A DNA stretch of 64,000 nucleotides, from contig NC_068988.1 of NCBI RefSeq assembly GCF_001194135.2, positions 81,512,090 through 81,576,089 of the forward strand. The letters are read 5' to 3'. The position numbers were made by a program, and so were the translations under genes. This document shows, piece by piece, positions 27,463 through 39,845 of this stretch. The stretch comes from Octopus bimaculoides (lineage: Eukaryota). Position 1 is the first letter of the stretch; each line of letters begins with the position of its first letter. The notes below the pieces were generated by a model. It did not search any database, had not been told where the DNA came from, and worked only from the letters and a program-made list of their open reading frames with translations.

Positions 27463-28953
27463 TGCAGAAATGATCATAGCTCAATTAATCAGGAAGAGAA
27501 TTAACATAGATGAGATGCAGTTTGGATTTGTGCCAAGAAGAATCTTTCTGGTGCGGCAACTGCAGGAGAAATACTTGGTCAAAAATAATCCTCAGTATCT
27601 GGCTTTAGTTGACATGGATGAAATCTTTGACAGGGTCCCCCACTCCCTTATCTGGTGGGTAATGCGGAAGCTAGGGATAGATGAGTAGTTAGTGAGAGAT
27701 GTACAAGCCATGTACAGGAATGCTGTCAGTAAGGTGTGAGTTACCATTGGTATAGCAAAGAGTTTAGCATACAAGTAGGAGTCCACCAGTGGTCAGTTCT
27801 TATCCCCCTCTTGTTTATCTTGGTCCTCCAAGAGAAGACATTTCAGGTATAGAAGTATGAACTGGAATCAAAGGGCGTTAGAGTTAATTTAGCTAAGACT
27901 AAGGTATTGATAAGTAGGAAAACAAGCAAATCACAGATCCCTTTAGAGAGATAAACAAATAAGAGGTACAACAGTATAACTGGAAGACTAACAGAGAAAG
28001 TAGTTTTTACATGTGGCAGATGTGCAGATACATTAAACACCAGGAATGTACAAACAACAAACTCCCTTAAATGTCAGAGGGGATCCCTAGAAGTAGTAGA
28101 CAATTTCCGTTACTTAGTCAGTAGTGAAGGAAATTGTTCTGAAAGCATTGCTGCTAGAATAAGAATAGGCTGGGCAATATTCAGAGAGCTGTTACCTTTG
28201 TTAGTAATGAAGGATTTCTCCCTCATAGTGAAAGGCAGATTGTATGATACCTGTGTATGAATTGCTATACTACATGACAGTGAGACGTGGAGCTGTGACT
28301 ACTGAGGATATGTGAGGGATTGAAAAAAATGAAGCCAGTATGCTTTGCTGGATGGGTAATATCATTGTGCATATATGACAAAGTGCAAGTGACTCAAGAG
28401 AAAACTAGATATATGAGGCATCAAATGTGGCATGCTAAAGAGAAGACTGCACTGGTATGGCCATGAAATGCATATGAATGAAGACTGCTGCATCATGAGG
28501 TGCTGATCTCAAATTGTAGAGGGAGCAATTGGAAGGGATAGACCCAGGAAGACATGGGATGAAGTGGTGAAAAAGGATCTATGATTTCTGGGGCTCACAG
28601 AGAGGATGACAGGGGTCCAAGGTTCCTGGTAGTTTGCTGTGCTTAGAAAGACACATCAAGCTAAGTAAAATTGCGGATGTTCTTGCATACAGGCTGTTTT
28701 CTGTATCCCTCTCCAGCTGAGCATTCCTAACCACTTGTTGGTGCTGTTGCCATGTAAAAAGCACCTGTACTGGTGCCACATAAACACACCCATGCCAGTG
28801 CTACATAAAAGCACCCAGTACACTCTGTAAAGGAGTTTGCCTTAGGAAAGGCATCCAGCTATCGAAATCATACCAAAACAGACATGGAGCCCTTCAGCTG
28901 GTCGGATCCTGTCAAACCATCCAACCAATGCCAGCATGGAAAATGGACATTAA

Positions 28954-28985
<32 letters not shown>

Positions 28986-28998
28986 AATGATGATGATG
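27461..28998 (+). mobile_element. 5'-truncated RTE LINE, same family as 5505-8305
   Basis: IIAQLIRKRINIDEMQFGFVP..FLVRQLQEKY..VDMDEIFDRVPHSLIWWVMRKLG is colinear with the first copy, with the same 3' UTR and (GAT)n tail. Confidence 0.9.
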
Positions 28999-29030
<32 letters not shown>

Positions 29031-29419
29031 GGCTTCTTTCAGTTTCTGTTTACCAAAACCACTCACAAGGCTTTGGTTGACCCAGGACTTAATAGAAGAC
29101 ATGCAATAGGACTAAACTCAAAACTATGTGGTTGGAAAGCAAGTTTCTTGACCACACAGTCACGTCTGTACCTCATGGTGTAATGGTTATCATGAATATT
29201 TATTTTTATTGTTTTTACTCATATCCTCCATCTTTAATCAGCAACGTCCATCACTGTACATAATATCTGTGCAGAATTTCTATTTCTAATTAAGTAATTC
29301 AATGCAGTTTAAGGTTATAAATATTAATGTGAAAATGAGAAATACCATGAATACAAATGACTTCATAAGCTTATTTATGCATATGAAACTGAACTAGAAA
29401 TTTAATATGGTTTTAAATA

Positions 29420-29770
29420 AGAATTATACAGTAAATTTTAAAGATTCTGAACACAAAAGTTCATTAAAATCAAACCAGTCATTATCTTCAGTACTGAATA
29501 AACCTTTATAATGATCATGGTGAAACGGTATTATCATATAGATCCTCTTCATCATAATTTCCTTTTTACTGTTCATGATTATAGGCTGTGAATCGTCTAC
29601 TGTTTCTTCATCTTCAACATTGTCCAATGTCTTTTGTACTATTCAAAATTCCTCATTTCTTGAATAATTTAACTATAATGTCAGCAATTATCTTCTTCCA
29701 TAAATTAACAAACCATTCACACACAGGAACAGTGATAGAACCTGCATATTGTCTCCTTTTGCATACTATT
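29420..29770 (-). mobile_element. Decayed pogo/Tigger-like transposase C-terminal fragment
   Basis: The minus strand gives VCEWFVNLWKKIIADIIVKLFKK*GILNST followed by acidic DNVEDEETVDDS, resembling the W...W..I....I.KSFKKCGISN..DG.ED tail of DDE_1 transposases. Confidence 0.5.
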
Positions 29771-30906
29771 TTTTTCAGTTACTCCATTTTATCACTATAT
29801 CCTCAAATGGTACACTGAGACCAATATGTAAGGGTTTCAGAAATATTGTAAGGCCTCAGTGTTGCTGCCCAGTGTGGTCTAAAGTGATCCCAGATGATCA
29901 ATCTCTTTTCCTTGAGGAACCTACTTGACCGTAAATTTGAAATTCATTTATCCATTTCCAACAGCCACCATTATCTGTAAACTGAAATGTGTAAAAGCTG
30001 TATATAAAAATACATATTTTTATATACAGTTTATACATATGTATGTGTGTGTTTGTATGTATCGGTCTATGCATGTGTGTCTATCTTGCAAATATACATA
30101 TATTGGTTTCAAATTTTGGCACTAGGCAAGCAATATTAGGGGAGAGAATAAGTCAATTACATTGATCCAAGTACTAAACTGGTACTCATTTTATTGACCC
30201 CCAAAAAATGAAAGACAAAGCAAAGTCGACCTCAGCAGAATTTGAACTCTGAACATAAAAATAGATGAAATTCTGCTATGCATTTTGCCAGTCATGCTAA
30301 CAGTTCTGCCAGCTTGCCTCCCTGTGAATTTATTATTTATTAATTACAAGCAACACATTATACATACATGTATTTATGCGTGCATACATACATACATACA
30401 TACATACATACATACATACATACATACATGCATACATACATGCATACATACATACTTTCCAAAAGTTTATCATTTAACTATATATGAGCATGTCTAGATA
30501 TGCAACTATATGCATGAGAATACATACATAAAACATACAAATCTGCATATACATACATACATATATACATACATGCATACATACAAAAATACCCTGTTGT
30601 TGATGTTGAAATTCCAATGAAGGAGTCTTGGATCTAGGTTAGAAATCGGTTCTTTCTCTATTGGCAAGAAATCTTGAAATAAACTGAATAATGACATACA
30701 TACATACATACCAACACCATATTTGTACTTCAAAGTAGGTTTTCATATATCATACCCTGATATTGTGTGGACTGAGATCCCCATTGACAGGCTGCTGATA
30801 TTGACTAAAGTGTTAAACACTTCAGGCATACAAATTAGTAGTGCCAGTTCTCTGAAGTTATTGGATTTGTTCTGTATGTAGACAGATTGACTTCTTATTT
30901 CTCTGG

Positions 30907-30964
30907 GATTGGCCAGGTGATGTAAACACCTCTGATGAGACCCATTTAGGGTCAGAAGTCGATT
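30907..30964 (+). ncRNA. Hammerhead-ribozyme-like motif (type III topology), core mutated
   Basis: Stem I AGGTG/CACCT directly abuts CTGATGA, then stem II GACCC/GGGTC, then AGAAG instead of GAAA. Stem III GATTGGC/GTCGATT. Confidence 0.4.
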
Positions 30965-31685
30965 ATGGCTGTCCATCACTTTTTCAATCAATGGAGAAAT
31001 GGTGAAATTTGCCATGGTTGTATCTCTTCTATGTAGGTTTACACTGGTTTAAAAGCATACAAACACATATCTATATTTACAAATGTCGAAACCATGATGA
31101 TATTTGTTAGACAGCTGATGATGAAAATTCCCTGGTTGTGTTAAAATGGATTTTGTTCTGTAGTTATGTATCTGCTTGTTATAGTTTCATGGTTTGTTTC
31201 ATGGTGTGTACCTTTTATTTTGAAGTGCCTTAAGGGGATTATATATGTATTTAGGTCATTTCTGACCCTTGGTGGAGTTAGTTATAGGGTTAGATATAAA
31301 TTTTTTCTCTAGTCTGTAATTATATTTTGGCCCATTGTATATGTATATGCATAATCATATTTTAGCCCATCGTATGTGTATATGTATGTACATATGTGTA
31401 AGTATATGTCTGTGACTCCTTGTTTGGTATTGTGTGATAGTTGTAAATGAGTGTCACTGTCATACATGCAGTGTCATTCATTTCCTGTATTCCATGAAAA
31501 CATGTCTGGTCATGGGAAAACATAAACCCACTTGGAAACAAGTGAAGGTCGGTGACAGGAAAGGCATCTGGGTGTAGAAAATCTGCCTAAATTAACTCTG
31601 ACTGATCTAGATATGCATAAAAAGGTGAATGTTAAAACAATGATGATAATGATAATGCACACACACGCACACATACACACACACA

Positions 31686-31731
<46 letters not shown>

Positions 31732-33689
31732 TTCACTGAAGCAAGGGTTTGAACCCCTACCCACCAATTAAATGGTAGTGATTAACACATAACACTTGTG
31801 TTCACTCTACTATGGTCCCATGTTTGAAGTGGGACACACAAGTGGCATAATTAGTATGAAATTACTAATATTACAATATTCCCAGGCATGAACAACAGAT
31901 TGAGAACAATGTACCTCCATTGTTTGACAAAAGGATTTTATTTAAAACTCCAAGAAGGTTACAGAAGCAGACAGGTACTTGAAAAACGCCAGAGGGTCCA
32001 AGTGCTTAAATGTTATGATGTTATGACTATAACAACCTTGATGAGGAGGACACTTGTCTGAATATATCAATGTGTAATAACTATTGATTCCTTATTTCAG
32101 AAATATAGACTATAATTAAAAGAGCTTGATTCATCTAGTGGACATAAAACAAAGAGAATCCACCAGAAGTTCAAGACAAGCTGTTGGTGTCTCACAGCAG
32201 TAAACACCAGAGATAATTCTGTTAACACTAGGAAAATTCATCATTAATATGCCATCTGCTGAATGCCTGTGCGACAACAAACTTAAAGTAATTGAAATTC
32301 AGTCAAATTTTAACATCATCGCCATCATCATTAGCACTACCACTTCCATCACCTTTATTGTCATCATCTTCATCATCATCATCATCGTCGTCGTCGTCGT
32401 CATCGTCATTGTCATCGTCTATGCGCAGTCATATATATTCTGTGGAATAAACATATTGTGTCACATATGTACATATATATACATATATACATACTGTTAT
32501 GTTGCGGGTTTGAATATCTTGTCGCCAATAATGTTATGATGACATCATAGTGCAGATTGGGTGTAGAATAGTATTATCCCAATAAATATTTGGATATAGT
32601 TATCTAGAATAACCTTTTGCAGAATTAATACATTCACTCAGAATGTTCTCTGTACTATGCTAAGTGCAGGTACAATATTAAACTAACACAGTAATCCAAT
32701 ACGAAAGATCATTGCTGTCAAACTGCCCACTGTCAACTGTTTGCTGTCCACTTGACAATTCTTTATTTTACTGAAATACATTAGACCACTTTTAATTACA
32801 TGGAGCTCATCACGATCCTTCCATGGCACATACATACATGCATACACACGCACATACATACACATGTGCGCACACACACACATACACACACACACAAACA
32901 CAAAACACACACACACACACACACAAACACACAAACACATAAACACACAAACGCACACACACACATATGGTCTTTGGGTCTTACTGCATGGTTCTACTGC
33001 ATGGTACCTTGGGCAAGTGTCTTCTAATAAACCCTAGGTTGACCAAAACCTTGTAAATAGATTTGCTAGATGGAAATTGAAAGAAGCCTGTCATGTTATA
33101 TATATGTGTGTGTGTTTGTGTATTCCCTTCTCTACACATCATGTGATAGTTGTAAATAAGCATCCCCTTCATACAAGCAAGGTTGTTTCCAGTCTTTCAT
33201 AGAAAATATGCCTGAAATAATATTACTTTGCTTGGAGGCAGTGAGCTGGCAGAATTGTTAATACACTGAACAAAATGCTTTGCAGCATTGCGTTTGTCTT
33301 TACATTCTGAGTTCAAATTCTGCGATGTTCGACTTTGCCTTTCCTCCTTTTTGGGTCAATAAAATAAAGTACCAGTTGAACACTGGAGTTGATCTAATCG
33401 ATTTACCCCTTCCACAAAAATTGCATGCCTTGTGCCAAAATTTGAACCAATATTACTCTGTTTGGAAGCAGGTGAGTGTTAGTGATAGGAAGGGCATCCA
33501 GCTGCAGAAAATCAGCCTTGACAAATTATGTCTGATCCATACAAGCATGGAAATGTATCTATATAAGTATATACACAAACACACACACACACACACACAC
33601 ACAAGCATATATATCATTCTCATACACATAAACACACACACATACACATATATATATATACATATATACACATGCATACATACATACGA

Positions 33690-33721
<32 letters not shown>

Positions 33722-33946
33722 ATCTAATATCTATATCTATCTATCACTCTATCTATCTATCTATCTATCTATATATTTGTAGTTGCTTGTTGTCATAAAT
33801 ATTCTTTTTTTCTGATCTGCTCTCTATGAAGTTTTACTGGTGTCGTTTTATTCATTATGCAAAACACTATGTCCACTTTCACATTTGTAGCCATTCTTTA
33901 CTTCCCCTGGCACCCTCCCACCTCCTTACACACACACAGACACACA

Positions 33947-33989
<43 letters not shown>

Positions 33990-34010
33990 TTACAGACAAG
34001 AAAATAAATT

Positions 34011-34210
34011 TTCGAAGGCAGTATAGCTGTGAAAACAGCAGATAAAGATTGTTGTCAGGTGTTGTTTAGTTTAATGGTTAGAGCTCTTTGTCAGTATCCA
34101 AGAGGTATGGCGTTCAACTCCCCATAGCCGCCTGCTGGCAATTTTCCACATTTTCTATGGGTAAATAATCCATCTTTATCTGCTATTTTCTCAGCTACAC
34201 TGCATTTGAA
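34011..34210. mobile_element. MITE-like element with about 32-bp inverted repeats enclosing a tRNA-like sequence
   Basis: gcagtatagctgtgaaaacagcagataaagat (34018-34049) pairs with atctttatctgctattttctcagctacactgc (34172-34203) with 3 mismatches. 34058-34132 folds as a decayed cloverleaf. Confidence 0.65.
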
Positions 34211-34283
34211 ATGTTTGAAATTTACTATCTGTAAAGTATCAACACATTTGGCTCTTACAAAGTTTGTTTATAATATACATACA

Positions 34284-34343
<60 letters not shown>

Positions 34344-34846
34344 ACAAGTGACCCTCTCTTTTCAAATTGCACTCTGGCTTTTTTACCATTCACCACTGTC
34401 TCAAAGGAAAACGACAAGTTAAATTCAAATTCATTCTCTCTCTCTTAAATGTGAATAACCATGTAACTTACAAGAACCTTCATTATCCCAACCTTTTCTC
34501 TCATACCTTAACACCCATCCAATGTACAGATGCAGCATTCTCCCTCCTTGGGTTTGTTGATCTGCAAGCTGCATGTTGATCTCAATAATGCTGGTGGCGC
34601 AAAACAAAAAGCACACAATACACACTGTAAAATGGTTGACATTATGAAGGGCATCCAACTGTAGAAACCATGCCAAAGCAGACAATGGAGCACTCAATGT
34701 GGTCCTTCAACCCATTGGATCCTTTGTTAAACCATCCAACCCATACTAATATGGAACATAGATGATAATGATGATGATGATACACACATGCACGCATGTT
34801 CAGTCATGTATACTCACTCATCTTTACACACACAGACACAGACACT

Positions 34847-34929
<83 letters not shown>

Positions 34930-36999
34930 GTACATACATAGAAGGAAAAACAGACATCACATGTTCACACCTTCCTGTAAAGCTAAAATTGACAAGCTGT
35001 CACAAATTAAATCTAAATATATAATTTAAAGCATAGAAATATGAAGGTAATAAAAGCCACTTAACAAGTCAAAGCTGGAGAGAAATAAAATTCTTTCAAT
35101 ATTTCTGCTTTTAACAAACCCTAACCTAGAACTGGAAAATTGGAAATGACGCCAAGTCTGTTATGTCAGTTCTTGTTAAAAGTGAAATATTGCAGCAATA
35201 TATTTTTCTCCAGCTTTAAGTGGTTTTTATTAATTAAAATCTCCGCAATGAAATGTCAAGGTACCAAGTGAATTACAAAATTTTAATTTAAAACTTTGTA
35301 TATAATTTCAAAGTAAAATAGATTTTGCACTTGATAACCTTACCTGTTCCCTGCATGATCACCAGCATATAATTGGGTGCTTGTCCCAGAGTTTTCTCTG
35401 TTGCAAGCATTCAAAGCAACTGGTGGTAACTCTATATATTCTGATGTGTACTCTACCCTGTACAGAGCCACTAATTTTGTTAGAGAATATTTGGTGAAAG
35501 TGGTTTTCCAGTAGATGCCTACCACCAGATAATACTGAGGCCTGGTTTCAGGAGTTATGCCTCTGAAGGTGACTCTATTTGATAGTTGGCATGCTTTCAG
35601 AATGACTTCCAGTCAAAGGGTTTGGAGGAAAGATCAGCAGCAATCTTGAATCATGGTTTCTTTTTCTCTTTCTTTTAAAAGCCCAAAAGCTTCAGAGTGA
35701 AGACCCTATATTGAATCCTTCATATTTGCTGTCCTATATTCAACACAAACAGTTTGATTTGTCAACAAATGTCTAATACCAGAAAGACTGGTACCAATAA
35801 GATGTGTCTAAGCATAATTTCCATTCAGACTAATCAGCTAAGTCATCTATAACACCATCAGATGAGCCTGTGTCACTATTTTGTTAGCCATCAGTGACTT
35901 AAACCAATAAGCTTGCAAGTCAAGGGTAGCATAGAGGCACTTAAAAATGAGAAATATTGGTAATAGGGATTCTCAAATACACAGTCTAGCCCAGATTGGC
36001 TGGGCCAGTCAATAACCCTCGGACCTGCAGTGTTTCTTGCAGTGGCAGAACAAGCTGATAACCCTCAGACATGCTTCTAAGATGGTGAGCTGGCAGAATC
36101 AATTAACATGCTGGGCAAAATACTTAGTAGCATGTCGTCCATCTTCATCTTTTGCATTCAAATTCCACTAATGGTTGACTTTGCCCTTCATTGTTTTGGG
36201 GTCGATAAAATAAGTACCAACTGAGCACTTGGGTCATTATAATCAACTTACACCCTCCTCTGAACCTGCTGGCATTGTGCCAAAATCTGAAACCAATATA
36301 TATGGTTTCTTTCTCACACTGTGCAGACACATTACATAAAGGCATACACATACACTCATACATAGACACATTTGGCGCTGGAGTTGATATGAGCAAGCAC
36401 AAAGGTACTCACTATTAAAGTACACAATACATCACATAAAGCTATATGATTTAACTGTTAAAGATGTAATATAATGTCCATTATACATACATATGTGAGT
36501 GCGTGTGTGTGTGTGTGCGTGCGTGTGTGTGTGTATGTGTGTGTGTGTGTGTGTTTGTGTGCGTGTGTGTGTGTGTGTAACTCATTAATTCCGTGTACTT
36601 TCTTGATGTTGAAACTGAAACGTCATATTGTATGTGCTATTTATAACTTGCTACAACCAAAGTGATTTATCAATCAGAAGAGAATTTAGTATTGGTAAAC
36701 GTTATCATGCAGTTTTATTTATCATAGATTGAATTTACAGTTATCTACAGCCAAATATACTCTCGCACTGCATCTTCCTTGTAGATATTCCTATGAGAGT
36801 GAAACTTATAATAATGGCATTTTTGAGCTCCTTAGGGAATGGCTGCCACTTCATCATTTGTTTTGAGAAGCCTACTATGATGTAAATTTATCATCATCAT
36901 TGCAATCATCACCATCATCATTATCATTACCAGTATTATTGTTGTTGTCATTGTTGTTGCTGCTGTTATATAATTGTTCAACATCTGATAGTTTGAGGC

Positions 37000-37680
37000 A
37001 AATTTCTCCTGCATCACCTGCTGCACCTCCGTGTTGCTGGGGTGTGTGCAGCATTGTGTGTTCTTTTCTGTTGTTTGGAGCACACAAACTCTCCCTGGTA
37101 TTATATTGCATTATTTTTCTCTTGAGGTGTGGTGCAGTCTTTTGTTGTAGTACTGCTTGTAGTGTGTATTGAGTGTATAATGCATTGGTTATCTAACTTG
37201 CTAGTAGAAGTTTCTTTCACTGGATAATTGCTGTATAGAGTGTGCCTTGTGTTTGTGGGTTGTTTTGGATGTATTATTGAATTGATAGTGTCTTGTGTAG
37301 TATGTGGGTTGTTCCTAGCAGGGATGTTTTTTGGATAGTGTGTAGTATTGAAGATTCAGGTATAGCTTCTATAATTTTGTTCATAAGTTTTTTTTTTTTT
37401 ATCATGCCCAATGCTCCAATTATTGGTATTGTTTTCACCTTCATGCCCCATGTCTTGAATATTTCAATTTCGAGGTCTTTGTACTTTGACAATATCTCCA
37501 CTTCTTTTTGGACAATATTTTAATCAGAAAGAACTGCAATGCTAATCAGCAAGCAGATGTTTTTTTCCCATCCTTGATTATTATGTCTGGACAATTAGCA
37601 TTTATTTCTTTGTCAGTTTGAACCAGAATATCCCAAATGATTGTGGCCTAGTCATTGTCATGTACCTTGTTTGGCACATT
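37000..37680 (-). mobile_element. R4/Dong-like 3' fragment, third copy (different 3' UTR)
   Basis: EILSKYKDLEIEIFKTWGMKVKTIPIIGALG..TSLLGTTHILHKTLSIQ. The 5' end abuts (TAA)n at 37681-37736. The 3' boundary is approximate. Confidence 0.8.
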
Positions 37681-37682
37681 AC

Positions 37683-37736
<54 letters not shown>

Positions 37737-37948
37737 GAAGGCTGCAAACTGGCTGACTCATTAGCAAGCCAGGCAAAATGATCAGTGGCATTTCATCCAT
37801 CTTTATGTTCTGCGTTCAAATTCCTGCAACGTTGACTTTGCCTTTCATCCTTTGGAGTTGATAAAATAAGTACCAGTGAAACACTGGAGTTAATGTACAA
37901 CTAGTCCCCTCCCCACAAACTTCAGGCCTTGCACTTTTAGTAGAAAAG

Positions 37949-37978
<30 letters not shown>

Positions 37979-37981
<3 letters not shown>

Positions 37982-38325
37982 TAGTCTTATTTTTATCATG
38001 TGCTTTCACTGCACTACCAAGCGCAGCTCTGTGTGTCTTGGGTATGTGCTGTGGTTTGTTGTGATGCCCTTAGTGTTTTACATAGGATGTGTGCAGTGCC
38101 TCCTAGTGTTATTTTCTGTATGTTATATATACTTGTTAGTCCTGATGTTTTTGATCTGTATTTATCTGAATATTTTATTATCATAGCTAATGCGCCTACT
38201 ATGGATAGGAATTGTTTCTGTTTTTAGACTCCCCATTTTGAGTTACCTCTATTTCCAGATCTTTGTATTCTGAAAGTTTCTCCATTTCTTTTAGAGAAAC
38301 ATTGTCATCTATTGGTATTGATACA
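37979..38325 (-). mobile_element. R4/Dong-like 3' fragment, second copy
   Basis: IDVSIPIDDNVSLKEMEKLSEYKDLEIEV, with a 3' UTR homologous to that at 38590. (TAA)n at both ends. Confidence 0.85.
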
Positions 38326-38552
38326 TCGATTATTATTATTATCATTATTATTTCCGGTGGTAAGCTAGTAGAATTGTTAGGTTGCACACAACATGCTTAG
38401 CAGCATTTTCTTTGTATTTAAGTTCTATGTTCAAATTCCACAGAGGTTGACTTTTGGGGTCAATGAAATCAGTACCAGTTGTACACTGGGGTCTATGTTA
38501 TCGATTATTGCCCTCCCATAAAATTTCAGGTATTGTGCTTATAGTAGAAAGA

Positions 38553-38589
<37 letters not shown>

Positions 38590-38594
<5 letters not shown>

Positions 38595-39460
38595 TAGTTT
38601 TATTTTTATAGCATGCTTTCCCTTCACAACCGAGCACAGCTCTGTGTGCCTTGGGTATGTGCTGTGGTTTGCTGTGATGCTCTTATGGTTACTGTATTGA
38701 AAGTGTTTTGCGTAGGATGTGTGCAGTGCCCAGTAGTGCAATTTTCTGTATGTTATATATATTTGTAAGTCCTGGTGTTATTGTTATGTTTTGTCTGAAT
38801 ATTTTTTTATCATACCTAAGGCGCCTACCATGATAGGAATTGTTTCTGTTTTTAGATTCCACATTCAAGTTACTTCTATTTCCAAGTCTTTGTATTTTGA
38901 AAGTTTCTCCATTTGTCATCTGCTGGTATTGATACATCAATTAGAAAGCATTTTTTTCTTCATGATCTCTGACAACTATATCTGGCATATTGGCCTTAAT
39001 TTCTCTATCTGTGTGTATTGGCATATCCCAGAGTATGGTTGCTTTGTCTTTTTCTGTGACCTTTTCTGGCGTGTGTTTATACCATCTTTTTTCTGTTGTT
39101 ATTCCATAGTGTTGGCATAGCTTCCAGTGTATGTAGGTCCCAGCTCTGTCGTATCTGTGAAAATATTCCTTCTTAGCCAAGACTGGGCAGCCAGAGATAA
39201 TATGATTTATTGTTTCTTGTCCATCGTCACATATTCCACAGTTATTTGTTATGTTTCTTTTCATTTTATGTTTTTGGTAATTTCTGGTGGGGAGGCTTTG
39301 GTCTTGTGCAGCAATTAAAAATCCTTCAGTCTCTGCTTTGAGTCCTGAGTTTCTCAACCATTGCTGGGATTTTTCTCTGTCTATTTCTTTTGCATTTAGT
39401 TTACTCCAGTATTTGCCATGAAGGGGCTTTTCTTGCCATCGTTTATCATGGTCCATTGCT
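38590..39460 (-). mobile_element. R4/Dong-like RLE non-LTR retrotransposon, 5'-truncated
   Basis: WQEKPLHGKY..LKAETEGFLIAAQDQSLPTRNY..CGICDDGQETINHIISGC (CCHC)..ILWDMPIHTDREIKANMPDIVV..IALLGTAHILRKTLS. Flanked by (TAA)n at both ends. Confidence 0.9.
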
Positions 39461-39514
39461 GTTCTAATTATTATTATTATTATCATCACCATCATCATCA
39501 TCATCATCATCATC

Positions 39515-39546
<32 letters not shown>

Positions 39547-39624
39547 TTGCTAACTCATTTTTATTTGCTCTGAGATTCATCAAGGTGTAACTGAAGGAAA
39601 TGTTTGCTTTAGATATTATCTTAA

Positions 39625-39845
39625 CCTTTTAGCATTCACATTATTCTGTCAAATGTAATGCATATTTATTCACATTGTTATGAATTAGTCACATATTATG
39701 GTGTAACTTCAACCTTTCAATGGTATGTTTGCATATTTTTAGAATAACATTGTAGAATCAGTGTGAAAGGCCAGATCTGGCCAGTTTCAACATAAAACAG
39801 GTAATATTTTGGGGCTGGCTATAGCTGGTTTAAATGCTAAAAAGG
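39625..39845. mobile_element. TTAA-flanked (piggyBac-type) MITE, family 1, second copy
   Basis: ttaa|ccttttagcatt ... aatgctaaaaagg|ttaa. The internal cagatctggccagttt is shared with 17081-17290. Confidence 0.78.

Noticed and set aside
29424-29627. Acidic ORF as an extra exon of the CUB gene
   Set aside because: No convincing splice sites, and the upstream frame resembles a pogo transposase tail.
34058-34132. Functional tRNA gene
   Set aside because: The acceptor stem is poor and there are mismatches in the anticodon and T stems. Kept only as a tRNA-like relic.
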